From Klebsormidium nitens (Eukaryota > Plantae > Klebsormidiophyceae), in contig DF237147.1 of assembly GCA_000708835.1 (NCBI GenBank), positions 1 through 64,000 of the forward strand: a DNA stretch of 64,000 nucleotides. Reading direction: 5' to 3'. The position numbers and the translations under genes are program-made. The first letter of the stretch is position 1; each line of letters opens with the position of its first letter. Below the pieces are notes generated by a model. That model was given only the letters and a program-made list of their open reading frames with translations, ran no database searches and was not told the DNA's origin. Positions 23,675-36,000 of the stretch are shown here, in pieces.

Positions 23675-25509
23675 TTATCTTTTCGTGGCAGGGCAGCAGC
23701 CAGTGTCAGTGCTCACCACTCCGGCTGGTGGATGCTTGGTGGCTGAGTGGCGGGCCCGGTCAGCCTCGGTGAAGAAAGAGGCCGGGCAGCCAGCGGTGCT
23801 GCAGGGGTGTCGTGCCTCCTTCAGGTGGGCGACCGTTAAGTGCTGCTTGAGTGACCTCCTCTGCAGGCCAGGATAGGACCAGCGTTACACAGTCTCTCAG
23901 CAGTACACCCATTGTCCTGAAGGAGGTGGAGAGAGGGTGTTGCAACCACCATCGGAACGCACCCAAAGCATCACGTGGCACTGGCCCCTGAGACAGCTCC
24001 GTACCAGCCTGAATTGGGCGGTGCAGCCTGGGACTGGGCAAGCCAGCCCGGGTGGCCCCGAGCCAGCCTCCTCGTCTGTTGACGTGGCTGCTCCTGAGCT
24101 GCTGCGGCCTGAATCGCCTGGTCTTGGAGTGGAGCACTCCTGCGCATCTTTGCAGCCTGGACCACGATTTGTGTTTGAAGATGCGCCAATGTTGCTGACG
24201 AGTGGCGCTGCTCGGTTGGCTGTGAAGCCTGCAACCCAAGTCATCAACGGTGAGACCTGAGTGTCGTTCCAAGGCCACACCCTCAGTCTACCAGCATAGT
24301 GCACGCAAGGAACACTGCGCAATGAAGAAACTTTTCTATTGTGCCGAACCACGGGGATACAAGCGAACAGTATTTGTGAGGCCCACTAGACAACTCTTCC
24401 TTGCCACCGCCGCAAATCGCCCCTGCGGAGTTTCAACACTAGAGAAGAAACCTCTTCGCCCTCCCCACTGCCCCGCCAGCAGCTTGTCCCATAGCACTGC
24501 TTGCCGGTGAGGGTGGTCATTGAGCCAGCACAGCGAGGCTAGCGGTCGCCCTTGCCCTCACCGTGCACCGAGGCCTGGTGTGCAGTCAGCAGGCTTCTGA
24601 ACTTGAAGCGTTTGCTGCACCCTGGCTCTTGGCACATGTGGCCACTTGCGTGGCAGGAGCGCGTGTGTTCCCACAGCTGCCGCTTGAACGCCGTCTCAAA
24701 AGTGCACTCAGGCTCTGAGCAGCGGAAGCAGGCCGCCTGGTGGCGCTTGACGTGCGCGCGCAGGTTGTCGGGCAGGCTGCACGTGACGGGGCAGCCGGGG
24801 ATGGGGCAGGGCAGGACCGGCTGGCTGTGGCTCAGCAGGTGGCGGCGCAGGTGGTCCTGCCGCTTGAAGGTGCGCGCGCAGCCAGCGTGGGGACAAGGGA
24901 AGGGCCGCTGCGAAGAGGGTAGATAAGGATTGTAACGACGGGCCAGAATTGGGGCACAGGGTCTGAAACATGGATGATCAGTCAGATTAATAGCCGTCAT
25001 GCCCCTTGCCCCCAGAAGGCCATTGAAGACGAGGCCAAGTAAGCCTGTTGCAACCTCGTAACAAAGCCAAATCATTAATTTGAATGCTTCTGGTCAATAC
25101 TTGAGGCCAGATTGCCAGCTTTTTGAGCATCAGTTCACAAGACATCTTTGTTCTTTACCACTCACGCACCTCAAACTCTGGTCCAAGGAAATTGTGACTG
25201 CAGATTGCAGAGACGTCAGCGCAAAATTATCTCGGGCGCAATAGAGCATCTCACCTGGCCTGTATGGATCACGAGGTGCTGTCGCAGATGTGCTGGCTTT
25301 GAGAAGGCTATGGCGCAGACCTCACAAATGTGCTGCCGTTCCGAGCTGGTCCCCACCTGCTCCTCCTCCGGCTGCTGTTGCTCCAGACGCAGCGAACATG
25401 CTGCTTTGCCACTAGCACCCCGCAGACTCTTCTTGCGCAACCTGCCACTGTCAGTGCCATCCCCACCGTCAGTACTATCCCCACCATCCTCGTGTTTCAC
25501 AGGCCCCAT
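23675..25509 (-). CDS. TFIIIA: C2H2 zinc-finger protein, TFIIIA-like, 4 exons, 7 fingers
   Basis: Exons 25255-25509, 24562-24907, 24005-24228, 23675-23860 in phase. CEVCAIAFSKPAHLRQH...RPFPCPHAGCARTFKRQDHLRRHLLSH...CPIPGC...DNLRAHVKRH matches the plant TFIIIA finger 1-3 pattern. The 3' end could be extended by an alternative exon near 23.3-23.4 kb. Confidence 0.8.
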
Positions 25510-26606
25510 GCTAAATGACAGGAGAAAGCGGGAAATAGAGCATAAGGGGGGCAATCTATCTAAGCAGCTTCCCGCACGAGGATGCTGTGTGTGAGATCAT
25601 CAGAAGCACAAGAAATTGCCGCCCTAACGACAAAGTCGACTTCTTAGCGCCAGCATCCAATTCTCTCAATATCTCTCCCCAGGGTTTTGCTATACCACTC
25701 CTTCGCATACCACTCTAGAGCATACCGCTACCTATACTGAGGCTCACGGGCAGCAAGGCACAAGATCCTCATCCCTCACTCATGCGGGCCGACTTTTGAC
25801 AGCTGCAGCCTGCCAGTGCACAGCTTCACTCAATGAGACTGGACAGGGTTCGGCCTCCCAAGCTTTTTTGAAACAGGACCGTCGATGTAGCCATTACCAA
25901 GGGAGTTCACGCGTATCGACGGCCACAATCGTTGGTCCCACTCAGAATGCCGCATGTCCAAATATCGACGGCCTTGTTTGTGCCGCGTGTCGAGCATAAA
26001 GAGGGGGTTGGAGTCGCTTGAAAATAGAATCTGATGCAACGTCATTTGTTCGTCACTTGTTGATTTTCTAGGGATCGCACGGTCAAGATAACTCCATCGA
26101 TGTATCGAACGGCCATCTGGCGTCCATTCGATGTTTGTGACTTCGTCGTACAAGCGGTCACACCCCCTCTTATATCTGTCTCATCTTCTCTTTTCTTCTC
26201 TTTTCTCTCTTCTTTTCCCAGCTGTATCTCTTGACTGTGAGTGGGACCCCACCTGTGATATAAGCCCTCTGGCGCAGCTTTACCGCGGCAAAGGCTTCAA
26301 GATACTCGCCCTAGTTGGCTAGGAGACAGTAGGAATCAAGACCCCCTTCTCACGTGCCAAGCTGCATCGTGAGGAAACTCCGGAAAAACGTGGGCAAATT
26401 GGCAGTCGAATCTTGCACGCGAGCGCATTCTGTTGGGAACTTATTGGCTCGCGCGTAACATGAGCCAGGTCCAAAATACTTAATATACGCGAACCGTTAT
26501 ATTGATTTCACAGAAAATTCGGCGCGAGGAGTGAACGGTGGCACGCACCAATTCGATGAAGCGACCGGGAAGAATCACCAAGGCGTTCTACCGGACATAA
26601 GTAGTA

Positions 26607-26748
26607 GTTATACCATGAGAGCTCGGCGATATCGATGGTTTCGCGTCGAACGAGAGCTGATATCTCCCCGAGGGCGGAGCCCCGAGGGGGATATCAAGCT
26701 CGAGGTCGACAAGAAACCTTCGATATCGTCGAGCTCGAATGGTATAAC
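26607..26748. repeat. Long imperfect inverted repeat (foldback), ~70-bp arms
   Basis: GTTATACCAT..GAGCTCGGCGATATCGA.GGTTTC..GTCGA..GAGCT.GATATC pairs with GATATC.AGCTC..TCGAC..GAAACC.TCGATATCGTCGAGCTC..ATGGTATAAC. Confidence 0.9.
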
Positions 26749-27426
26749 TCGCTTATCGCTGAGTCCGGACATTGCATCGCCGTCGAACCTGCTAAGAGAT
26801 TCCTGATATACCCCTCCGCGGCGGGGTATATCAGTGATATCTCCCCGCCATGTGATTCGACTTCGAAACATTTCTGATGGCTCCCGGCAAAATGGCTGAG
26901 CGAAAAACCCGGACGGGCGATAAGGTCCTTTTCTTCTCGGGCCGGTTCGGTCTTGGCGGGGCCTCGGACCCGTCCTAGGAGGATACCGCCCGAAGGGCGG
27001 TGTCCCTCCTAGCCCATTTTGATTACAGGAATGGTGCGCAAGACTGAGAAGAGCGATCATATGCTTGTGGCAGAAAAACTTCAAGACCACTGTGAATTGA
27101 ATGCTCGCATGCAAGGCTTGTTAAAGGAAGCTGCGAAGGGTGGGCGCGTGTAGCACAATACGGCACATGCATGCCAGCACACCGTCTGATCAAAGTAACA
27201 TTCGAGAAGAGAACATGATGAAACGATCTCACCTACCAGGAGTCGGCCTACTAGTACTGTCCCTACCTACTACCCAGCTCACTAGAGAAACGTGGAGGAA
27301 GGGGGTCGGAGATACCTAGTGCGTTGCAACTGATACCGTAGTACTAAGAGGAAGGCAGCTCGGTAGGGTTATGCAAGGATCGCCCTCGGCTGAATAGCCA
27401 TTGATTTGTCTCTGCGAGGGCACTCC

Positions 27427-30400
27427 ATGGAAAACGGGGAAGATCGAAACGACTCCCAAGTTCCAGCGGAGGCTGACGACGAGCGGCCCAGCTTCAAGAC
27501 GCGCGAGCAGGTGTATGACCGGATTGGGACCCAGCCGGACCCTGTAGGGGAGGCACCGGGACAGGGGGTGGAGGCGCCAGAGAGGGGCGCAGCCAATGGC
27601 GCTGATGCGCTGGACGCAGAGCGGGAGACGGAGGCCGCGGTGGACCTGCAGAAGCACGGGGCCAAGAGGCCCACCGCCGACACCGACGGGGACGGCAAGG
27701 CCAAGCCGGTGTACCCCAGGCCGCGGCCATCGTCCAAAGTGTGCATCCTGTCCATAGACGGAGGTGAGGGGGTGCCAGCGGCACAGCGCAGCAATGCTGC
27801 GTGGGCATGGGTGGCAGCAACTTGGTTTGCCCCTTCGTGTATCTCATGCTCCCCTAGGGGGTCATCCTGGAGTGGGCATTCTCTTACTGGGCCAATGTGA
27901 TTGGAAGGGTTTTACTGGCGCCGCTGCGCATGCATGATGTGGGGTGGTGTGTGCCCATGTCCAGGCGGCGTGCGCGGCGTTATCCCCAGCAAGATCTTGA
28001 CGCGGCTGGAGCAGATGCTTGCAGAGAAGAGTGGGGACCCTGACGCCAGGGTGGCCGACTACTTTGGTGAGATCACTTCTGTAAGACTACTTTGTACTGT
28101 GGTCAGACTACTTTGGGAAGACCTCTTTTGCACTTTGATCAAACCACTTGGGTAAAACTACTTCAATAAGATCACTCTGTATTCAAGTGAGACTTCTCTG
28201 ATAAGATGGCGCCCAACAACCGGAGGCGGCCAACTACTCCTGTTAGAGAGTCCCTAGGGAGGCACAGCTCCAAAGTCTGGCCCTTGACTGCCCATCAAGT
28301 TCTAGTATACCAGTGTGGCTGGTAGCAGTCAGGCGCGCTACAGTGGCCCAAACAGCATATCTTTTGCTGTGCAATGCTGTCCCCATCCTCCCCCTGCAGT
28401 TCCCTGAGCCTTCTTTGCGCCCCTCTGCAGACCTGGTGGCAGGCACGTCCGCCGGTGGTATTCTGGCGGGTGAGCGTGGCCCTCTCCCAGCTCGTATCCA
28501 CTCCGTGGCCCACCTGCATCTATCCCTGTGGTGCATCCTCGCTGGGCTGTGGACCTTTTTGTGTCTCAAAGTGGACCGCGGTTGCTGTCCTGCCCCTTGC
28601 CGTGTTGGCCCGCCCTGCTGCTTTGATGGTGCAGAGCTATCCAGTGGACTTGTCGCTGTCCGTGCTTCTGACGTGCCGAGTGTGGCTGTCCAGTCACATT
28701 GCTGGCCCCCAACGAGGCGGGGAGGCCAATGTTCAGTGCGGCCGAGGCAGGGACGTTCTTTACGCGTCACGCTGGTACTATTTTCCCGTAAGTTTGCCTT
28801 CATCCATACGGCACGTTGGCTTTGAGTAGGAACAGAGCCAGGGCATCTCCGCGCCAGAAAAGTGGCGGGCAACTGTCGCTAGGCCCCGGTTCGTGGCCGG
28901 TCCTCAGACAATGGAACCGGTTCATGAGAACCAGCTCCGATTGGCGGGAATCGATTCTGTTCTCCATGAGTTGGCCTCAATTCGAGGCCTAGCTCCAGTT
29001 CGTCACCGATTTAATGGAGCGGAATGCTCTGGGTCGGCCCAGTTCCGCCCCTGTTCGAATCCAAGGCACTCTGTGTCGTAACGATTGAAGTAGGTTGCTT
29101 GGATCCGCTTTTCAGACTGTGATGAGTGGTCGTTTCGGGTTCGGTTGTCAGTAAGTGAGGCGCACTGTTTGTTGGGCCACTGTGAACGGGTGCCCTTCTC
29201 TGTGGGGCCTCACTGGGCAAAGAGCTCAGTAACAGTAGCTTCCTCCAGAGGCACTGACTGACTTTGTGTCACTTCAGGCGGAACAAGCACACGGTCAAGG
29301 TCTGGAGGCTCGTCAAGAATGTCTTCCGGCCAGCCTACCGGGTACGCCTGCCTCTCCCCAGGCTTTGACGTGCTGACTGACGTCCCGTGTCGAAGACGAC
29401 CCACGTTACGGCTGGTCATTCTCATTTCGCATGGATGCAAGCGCCGTTCCGGCTGTCTGTCTGTCTGTCTGCCGCACCTGCCTGTCGTTTGCCTAGCCTA
29501 CTTCACCCGTCACGACTCTGCAGCTGACCCCCCCCCATGTTTCTTCCCCAGGCGCGCCCCCTAGAGAAGCTGCTGGCCAGCTACCTGACTACCCCCGCTG
29601 GCAAGACGCTCACCCTCAAGGACATCCTGCGGCCCGTCCTCATCACCACCTACGACGTGAGCCCGGGGCAGCACTGCCAGCGACACGCACTTGCTTCCCA
29701 AGGTGTTGGCATGGGAAGTTCCTTTGTTGGGGCGCTGTGGCGTGCAAACTTGTCAGGCTGAAGGCGATCTCGCTCGACGTATTTCCCTTCGCACACTGTT
29801 CTGCTGCATTGGAGGCACCCCAGTCCGGCCATCCGTATGTCTTTCCCCCGCCTCTCATCGACAAGCCTGTCCTGACGCTGCAGATCCTGCACGCGCGCCC
29901 CTTGTTTTTCTTCTGCCAACGCGCGCGCCTGAGCCCCAGCCACGACTACCTGCTGACGGACGTGTGCCGGGCCACCAGTGCTGCCCCCGCACTGTTCCCC
30001 CCCGCTCGCATTTCCTCGGTGGATCAAAAGAACCGGCGCGTGTGCGTGGACGGGGGCGTCATTGCTAACAACCCGGCCCTGGCGGCGGTGCACCACGTGA
30101 TGGCCAACACGGTGGGGCCCCGCTGCCCCTCCCCTGCCTGTGCCTCACGCGCTCGCGGGAGAGGAAAACAGCTCTTCCTTAGCACCAGTGGCAGTCCGAG
30201 TCAGGTCTTTCATCGTCGTTGCTGTTTCCTGCTTCACCTTGGCGTGTGGCTGCCAATGCTGCATCTCACGCCCTGTGGCCGTTCGTGCAAATCTCTTGAA
30301 ACTGCTGGCAGCGCTCCCCGCCTTCCCCGCTGCCTCCTTGCTGCTCTGTGTGCGCCGGCTTGCCCTGCCCCGTCTGCGTCGAGTGCCTGTGGCTGAGCCA

Positions 30401-31861
30401 TCAATTGACGGGTGCCAGGACCGCGAGCTGCAGGAGGACTTCCCGACGGACGGCCCTGCGCGGCGCAGCTGCCGCGACATGCTGGTGCTCAGCATCGGGG
30501 CGGGCCAGGACGAGACGACGCTCGAGTACGAGCAGACGCGCAAGTGGGGCATGGCCAAGTGGGCCGGCGCACTCCTGGACGTGAGCAGTCGTACTCACAA
30601 CGGGGCAGTACGAACCCAGGCCCCTGCGTCCCTCTTGAAGAAGCACTGTGGTGCAAGTCGGCACAGAGGACGCTAAGGAAGAGGCACACGCACGTGCCGG
30701 CGTGGTGCATGGCGGAGCGTGGCTTTGTTCCTCGCCGTTGTTGATGTCCTCGCCTCTGCTGGTCGCCTGGGGGCCATCGGCCTCCGTTACTCCGTCCTTT
30801 ATGGACCGCCGGGGCCGTTCTTCCCTGCCAGGCTGGCACGGGCTGCCTTTTTAAGCCCCCCGCCTGGGTGTGTTTGCAGGTGATGGTGTTCGGCAACGCC
30901 AACATGACGCACTACCAGCTGTGCATTGCATTCGACTCGGAAGGCGCGCGGGACAATTACCTGCGCATTGAGGTGAGTGCGGCCCATCCCGCGGTGTCCC
31001 CTCAGCCAGGGAGTGCCTGCTGCAGGGTCTAGCTGCATCACTGTGGACGCTTGCAGGGCCAATGGTTTGTGGCTGGGGAGCTCAGGTCCTGATCGTGTTC
31101 TCCCGACGCCCATACATAGTCGTCCAGCCCGCCTCTTTTGTACGCTCCCATATCATGCACGATCTCTTGGCGTCGACTCGATTCTGTGCGTACCCTTTCG
31201 GCTGACGCCAGTGGGTGTGTGTGCTTGTGCAGACGACGCGGTTGCCCAAGCAGTCCAAGGTGAGGCACAGCTGACATATCCACAGGTCCCTCCATGAAGG
31301 CTCAGCAACGGGAAGAGGAACGTGCAACGTGCACCAGAACACGAGGACAAACTCGCACACGACTACACGTCGCCGTAGCTTTGTTTCCAGCGCCTGCTCC
31401 AGCCAAAGGGTTTTCAAGGCGCTGTAGATAATCTTGCAAATCTGGCGTCTTGATTCCCGAAAGAATGCCGGAGACTCTGCTGTTGTTGTCCTTTGAAGCA
31501 CGCCCAGGATTGCGCTGCGGTCCCTTGCATGTGTGACATACCTAGTGGGCCCAGCGTTTCGGTCCAATTGCGGCCGCGCATATGTCTGCCCCCTTTTGCG
31601 CAGGTGCTGGACAACACGCACCCGCGCAACCTGGCCCGGCTGAGCGCGCTGGCGGACGAGTGCCTGACCGAGCGCGCGCGGTACTACGACCCGGAGGTGG
31701 GCCACCTGGTGCCCATGGGGCAGACCAACGAGGAGCGCCTCGACAGGTTCGCGGACCAGCTTGTGGCGGAGCGGCGCGCGCGCCTGCAGCAGCAGCCGCA
31801 CCGCAGCGGGCTCAGCGACGGGGCAACCAACGTGGACGAGGCGCGCGCGTTCGAGCAATGA
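27427..31861 (+). CDS. Patatin-like phospholipase A (pPLA/PLP), 11 exons, 502 aa
   Basis: Exons 27427-27763, 27965-28066, 28431-28469, 28694-28787, 29278-29341, 29552-29656, 29884-30111, 30419-30580, 30880-30972, 31233-31259, 31604-31861 in phase (1509 nt). Oxyanion loop ILSIDGGGVRG, nucleophile GTSAG, RATSAAP, catalytic DGGVIANNP, LSIGAG. Confidence 0.95.
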
Positions 31862-33069
31862 CGCGCGCAGCAACAAAGAGCCGGGCCATCAGCAGCCTGA
31901 GCGACGTCGTGAAGACCTTCATTTGTGGAACGATAGCGGGCGGGGGCCTGCTTTGACCCAATAATTCTGGCATTAGCAGTTCGGTTTATGGGAGAGATCG
32001 GTCACGACAGTGGGCTCGCGGTGCAGGCAGGGCACACGAGCGTGCCCCCGGCCTGTCATACCAGGTGAGCACGGGAAGGGGAGGCAGGCGGGCAGTGTAG
32101 AGAGCAAGCGTAGGGATAGGGCTAGTGCAAGATACCCCTAGAGAGCAGCGAAAGATTTGGTTCAGCTTGAACCGTAGTTCTCAGAAACGACGTTGAGAAC
32201 CTATTGCAGGTGACTCTCTTAGCATGGAACTAAAGCAGATAGAATTTACCCTAGCTGTGAAGGACTAAGAAGTTAGTCGGAGATGAAGGAACGTCAGCCT
32301 TCTTTCGAGGGACATTAAGCTGGAGAGATGAACTCTCTTTGTATACGGTGGGTTCGGATATCTTTATGTATTTTGCTCCATTCACCTAGCCGGGCAGACG
32401 GACTGCGAATGTACCTTAAAGTACATAACGACCCCATGTATATGCTCGCTCAGGGGCACGTGTCAACAGGAGACGCGCGCGCGTGATCGGATGCACAGTT
32501 GATATTCATCACCCGTTGTGAGGCTTTGAAATTTCTAGGGCAGGATTGTGCGCAATTCGACGCAGGTACCGCAAAATAATCATGCGGTGTTGCGAAAGCA
32601 TATAAGCTGATTGCATGCATTGCAGGTTCTGAAGCCTGTCGCTTACTGGAAAGTCTCCTGGACCTATGCAGCCCACCAACCAATGTGGTCGGCCAAGAGC
32701 TACCGGTAGTGAATTGCGAGTTGCGGCTTAATGCCCAAGGGACAACAGCACATGAATGTATCTGGGACTTGTGGTTCTATGCTCGTATACCTGCTTGCTA
32801 AAAGCTCTAAACTAAGACACCTCGTGTGCAACCCATGCTTGGCTCTGCTGCTCTAACTTCTTCGCCAAAGTTTGACAGCCAATAGCACTGAGTGCAAGCA
32901 GTTGTTATTCGCCAGATTGCTCCAAGTCCTACTTCCAAGAATTGTATACAATGGTTGCCTGCGTAGGATACACTTTGTACATGCCTCTTTCCAACCCAAG
33001 GCCCGCCCTCTTTCTATTCCCGACCGCTACCCGTCGACTTCCGCACCTCGATGCGCCTGCGCAACGGGA

Positions 33070-36000
33070 TCACTGCATGCGGCACTGGCTGGCACCGCTG
33101 CTGGGCTCCGCCAGGAAAGCGCGCCCCATGCGCAGCCGCTGCACACCACAGCCACCGACAGGGATGAGATGGAAGGGCGAAACGGAGGGCCTGAGGCATA
33201 GTAGGCGAGAATACAACCGCATAGACGTCGGTGCACCAATTTCGCGCTGTCGTATGATGGGGGCTTACCGCGGCAGTGTCGGTGGTGCGCAGCATGGCCA
33301 GCCGCTCGCGCGGACCCACCAGCAGCAAGTTGCCCACCTGCCCCATCACAGCAGGGACACGTCAGCAGAACAAAATGTGTCGCCAGACTGCCAAAATGAG
33401 CGAGCAACCAACTCTTGCTCCCATGTACCAGCACCCTTTCGCCAGCCCCGCGCACGATGGGGCTGCTCGCGGCGCGCGCTCACCCAGAAGCTGAGGCGCT
33501 CCGGCTGCGAGGTGGGCGGCATGGGCCCCGCCTGCTCCACCATCTCCGCCAAGTCGCGCGACCCGCGCCCATCTGCAGCGGCATTGAAGCAGGGGGTCAG
33601 TGCAGTACGAGAAAGTAACGACGGCACACAAGGCACAAGGCGAGGACGGTGCGGTAGCTTGCACAGTGCGGGCCACGGGGCAGGCCGTAGCAGCGGGCTC
33701 ACATGAGGCGGAGGCCTCCCGGATGCGCTGCACCCACTCGCGCGCCAGAGCTGCCGTCNNNNNNNNNNNNNNNNNNNNNNNNNNNNNNNNNNNNNNNNNN
33801 NNNNNNNNNNNNNNNNNNNNNNNNNNNNNNNNNNNNNNNNNNNNNNNNNNNNNNNNNNNNNNNNNNNNNNNNNNNNNNNNNNNNNNNNNNNNNNNNNNNN
33901 NNNNNNNNNNNNNNNNNNNNNNNNNNNNNNNNNNNNNNNNNNNNNNNNNNNNNNNNNNNNNNNNNNNNNNNNNNNNNNNNNNNNNNNNNNNNNNNNNNNN
34001 NNNNNNNNNNNNNNNNNNNNNNNNNNNNNNNNNNNNNNNNNNNNNNNNNNNNNNNNNNNNNNNNNNNNNNNNNNNNNNNNNNNNNNNNNNNNNNNNNNNN
34101 NNNNNNNNNNNNNNNNNNNNNNNNNNNNNNNNNNNNNNNNNNNNNNNNNNNNNNNNNNNNNNNNNNNNNNNNNNNNNNNNNNNNNNNNNNNNNNNNNNNN
34201 NNNNNNNNNNNNNNNNNNNNNNNNNNNNNNNNNNNNNNNNNNNNNNNNNNNNNNNNNNNNNNNNNNNNNNNNNNNNNNNNNNNNNNNNNNNNNNNNNNNN
34301 NNNNNNNNNNNNNNNNNNNNNNNNNNNNNNNNNNNNNNNNNNNNNNNNNNNNNNNNNNNNNNNNNNNNNNNNNNNNNNNNNNNNNNNNNNNNNNNNNNNN
34401 NNNNNNNNNNNNNNNNNNNNNNNNNNNNNNNNNNNNNNNNNNNNNNNNNNNNNNNNNNNNNNNNNNNNNNCGCTGCACCCACTCGCGCGCCAGAGCTGCC
34501 GTCTCCTCGGCAGCCGCCGCAACCTGCAGCAGGCAAGCAGGCGCGGTCAGCCGCAACCGCGGAGCCTTCAGCAGGCAGGGAAAGAGGAGGGGGAGCGGGA
34601 GCAGCAAGAGAGGGCGCAACCGGGCTGGCCGCACAAGGAGCGGGGGGCTGACCTCGGCCTGCTTGCCCTCGTCGACCGTGTCCTCCACGAATGCGACTTT
34701 CCCAACGCGGTACCCTGCGCACCAGCACACCGCAGTCAAACATACAGCCCGCATTCCGTCGGCCAGTCCGCTTGGCCAAACAAGAGGAAACAGGAACATG
34801 GCGAATAGGGTTGTGTGCTTAACAGCACCGGACTGGCTGGATGCAACGAATGTGTGAGGATGAAGATGACACATGCATTGCAACTGCAAAGTGCATCGTT
34901 GCGCAGACCTCAAGACAACGACTGCGTTAAGTCTGAACCCGACACTGTTGTATCTTGATTCTTTGCAAGGGAGCAACTGAGGAGGACTTCTCCTGTACAC
35001 CGTCGGTACTGACCGTCCTGCTCCCAGTCTTCGATGATCTTGACGCGCTGCCGCCCCTCCACCTGCACGCACCACTCGCATCGTCAGTCCGCGGCTCACA
35101 AGTTGACCAGGCGTGTCTCCAAGAGGGCCCCCAGTCGCTGCCCTCCGCTCTCCAGCACTGGCTGCGCTGTGTGCGTTACTTCGACCCGATAGTGCCTACC
35201 TTTATCAGAGGCCAGAATTAGACGTGGGTAGTGGTGCGGCTCACCTCGAGATAGAAGCGGCCGTCGGGCATGGGCTGGCACCTGCACCACCCACTCACAC
35301 GGTGAGGTGAGCAAAGGGACTGGCCGAGTCGGAACACAACGGCAGAGCGAGGACAGGCAGCGGCAAAGCGGCAGAGGCTCCATGGGGACAAGAAGCTGTG
35401 CGGAGGGGCTTCTGGCGCTCACTCGGTGATTTCGACCTGGCAGCCCATGTCCGCCACGTTGCGCGTCCGGGCATCGTACCCCAACTGCACCCACAGACAC
35501 GCTGGTCAGACTCGCACGCTGCTGAGCGCTCCTACCCCAAGTGCCGGACCGGCCAAAAGCAGGCCGCCTTCGCAGCAGCGGCCAACTCCCAGGCGAGGAC
35601 TGGGCGGGCGTGGCAGGCGCGGAGGTGCGGGCGGCTCACCATGCCGAACATCCTGTTGCCCTCCATGACGCGGCGGGTCATGAGGCGGTAGCGCGGCTCG
35701 AAGATGTTGAGCGCCATCTTCTTGCCGGGGAGCACCACGTCCATCACAAATAGCGGCAAGATCTGCACGCGGGCTCACAGATTGTCAAGCACAACGCCAG
35801 ACCATAGCTCGCCTCACTGCTCGGCGAAACTGCAGGCCTCGTATCAAGATTCTTCATGGGCAGCCTCTAGAAGAAAGGAAGGGGAGTTCCTCAAGTAAGA
35901 ACACAAACAACCAAAACAATCCGGTCGGGCCGACTGTCGAACAGGTACAACGCTGAGCGCAGAAGCGGGCGTCACCTCTGGGGTGGCGGGCTGAGTGATG

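Noticed and set aside
26974-27015. Helitron 3' end (hairpin plus CTAG)
   Set aside because: CTAG is not followed by T on either strand and no matching 5' TC end was found.
29053-29062. tRNA T-loop/B-box-like GTTCGAATCC in a patatin intron
   Set aside because: No T-stem, cloverleaf or convincing A box.
33346-35099. Very long ORFs (380-480 aa) in the track
   Set aside because: Artefacts of translating through the N run.
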